NCBI RefSeq assembly: GCF_009834535.1
Contig: NC_045697.1
Span: forward strand, 27,840,001 to 27,904,000
Source: Camelus ferus
Lineage: Eukaryota
Direction of reading: 5' to 3'
Length of the DNA stretch: 64,000 nucleotides
Within the stretch, counting starts at the first letter, position 1. Every line of letters starts with the position of its first letter. Below are positions 63,401 through 64,000 of this stretch, one piece after another. The position numbers and the translations under genes are program-made. A model generated the notes under the pieces. That model was given only the letters and a program-made list of their open reading frames with translations, searched no databases and was not told the origin of the DNA.

Positions 63401-64000
63401 GACTGCTGGTGCTGTGGGTGGGAGCAGGGGCCCCAGTGCCAGCGGCTCGTCCCTGGCACCTGAGTAGCTCTCTGAGATATTCACCTTCAGTTACTTTACC
63501 TCTCAAGGCCTCAGATTTGGGAGTTGCTGAGGGGAGAGTACATCTGTCTACTCCACAGGTTTATTGTGAGGATTAAATGGCCCATCCGATGTCAAATGCT
63601 TAGAGCAGCCCTGTGCCCAGAGGAAACCTCTGTAACTGCTAACATGACCAGTTCATGCAGGTATGGAGAGCCCAAAAAAGGCTCCTCTGGCCCCGGGCAG
63701 CTCACACTTCTCCTGACGGGAGCCTGGGCCCTCCTGGGGGCTGGGTAAACACTACAGGAGTGGGCTTGAACGCCTCCTTTCTAGGACACCGTGCTGGCCG
63801 CACACTTCCATTGTCACGTCAAAGCTTTGAACACCCAGATCAATTCAGTTGATTAGGTCACACCAGTCTTTGTTTACATTTAGTTCCAGGTTATACTCTG
63901 CAGCACCTGGAGTCCGGGCCTGGGTTTGCTTCATCTTGGAATCCCCACTGTTTCACATAGTGCCTGTAGGGTATTCCACAAATACCTGTCTCATAGACGC

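Noticed and set aside
1..64000. CRISPR arrays, tRNA/rRNA genes, operon-like systems or a second protein-coding gene
   Set aside because: None seen. The sequence is eukaryotic, and the remaining short ORFs lack recognisable homology or coherent splice structure.

Overview
This window is mammalian genomic DNA. It carries one complete protein-coding gene, KLF3 (Kruppel-like factor 3/BKLF), on the + strand. The gene has a CpG-island promoter (~11.2-13.6 kb), a non-coding exon 1 ending at 12711, and five coding exons (27540-27596, 34749-35235, 35901-36051, 40969-41129, 43231-43412). These splice in frame to 1038 nt = 345 aa + stop, with a PVDLT CtBP motif, two SUMO motifs and three C2H2 fingers. 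A ~3.8 kb 3' UTR is rich in miRNA seed matches. The flanks and introns hold L1, L2, MIR, LTR and hAT relics, microsatellites and a U6 snRNA retrocopy with target-site duplications. I saw no Alu, B1/B2, BovB/Bov-A, PRE or Can-SINE elements, and the short L1 tails suggest a laurasiatherian, possibly camelid, host (inference). I found no convincing new biological system. The best leads are zinc-finger-less truncated isoforms, antisense splice donors in the promoter, a candidate intronic TATA promoter, a convergent CTCF pair and a micro 3'-transduction. Repeat family names come from recalled consensus sequences and their boundaries are approximate.
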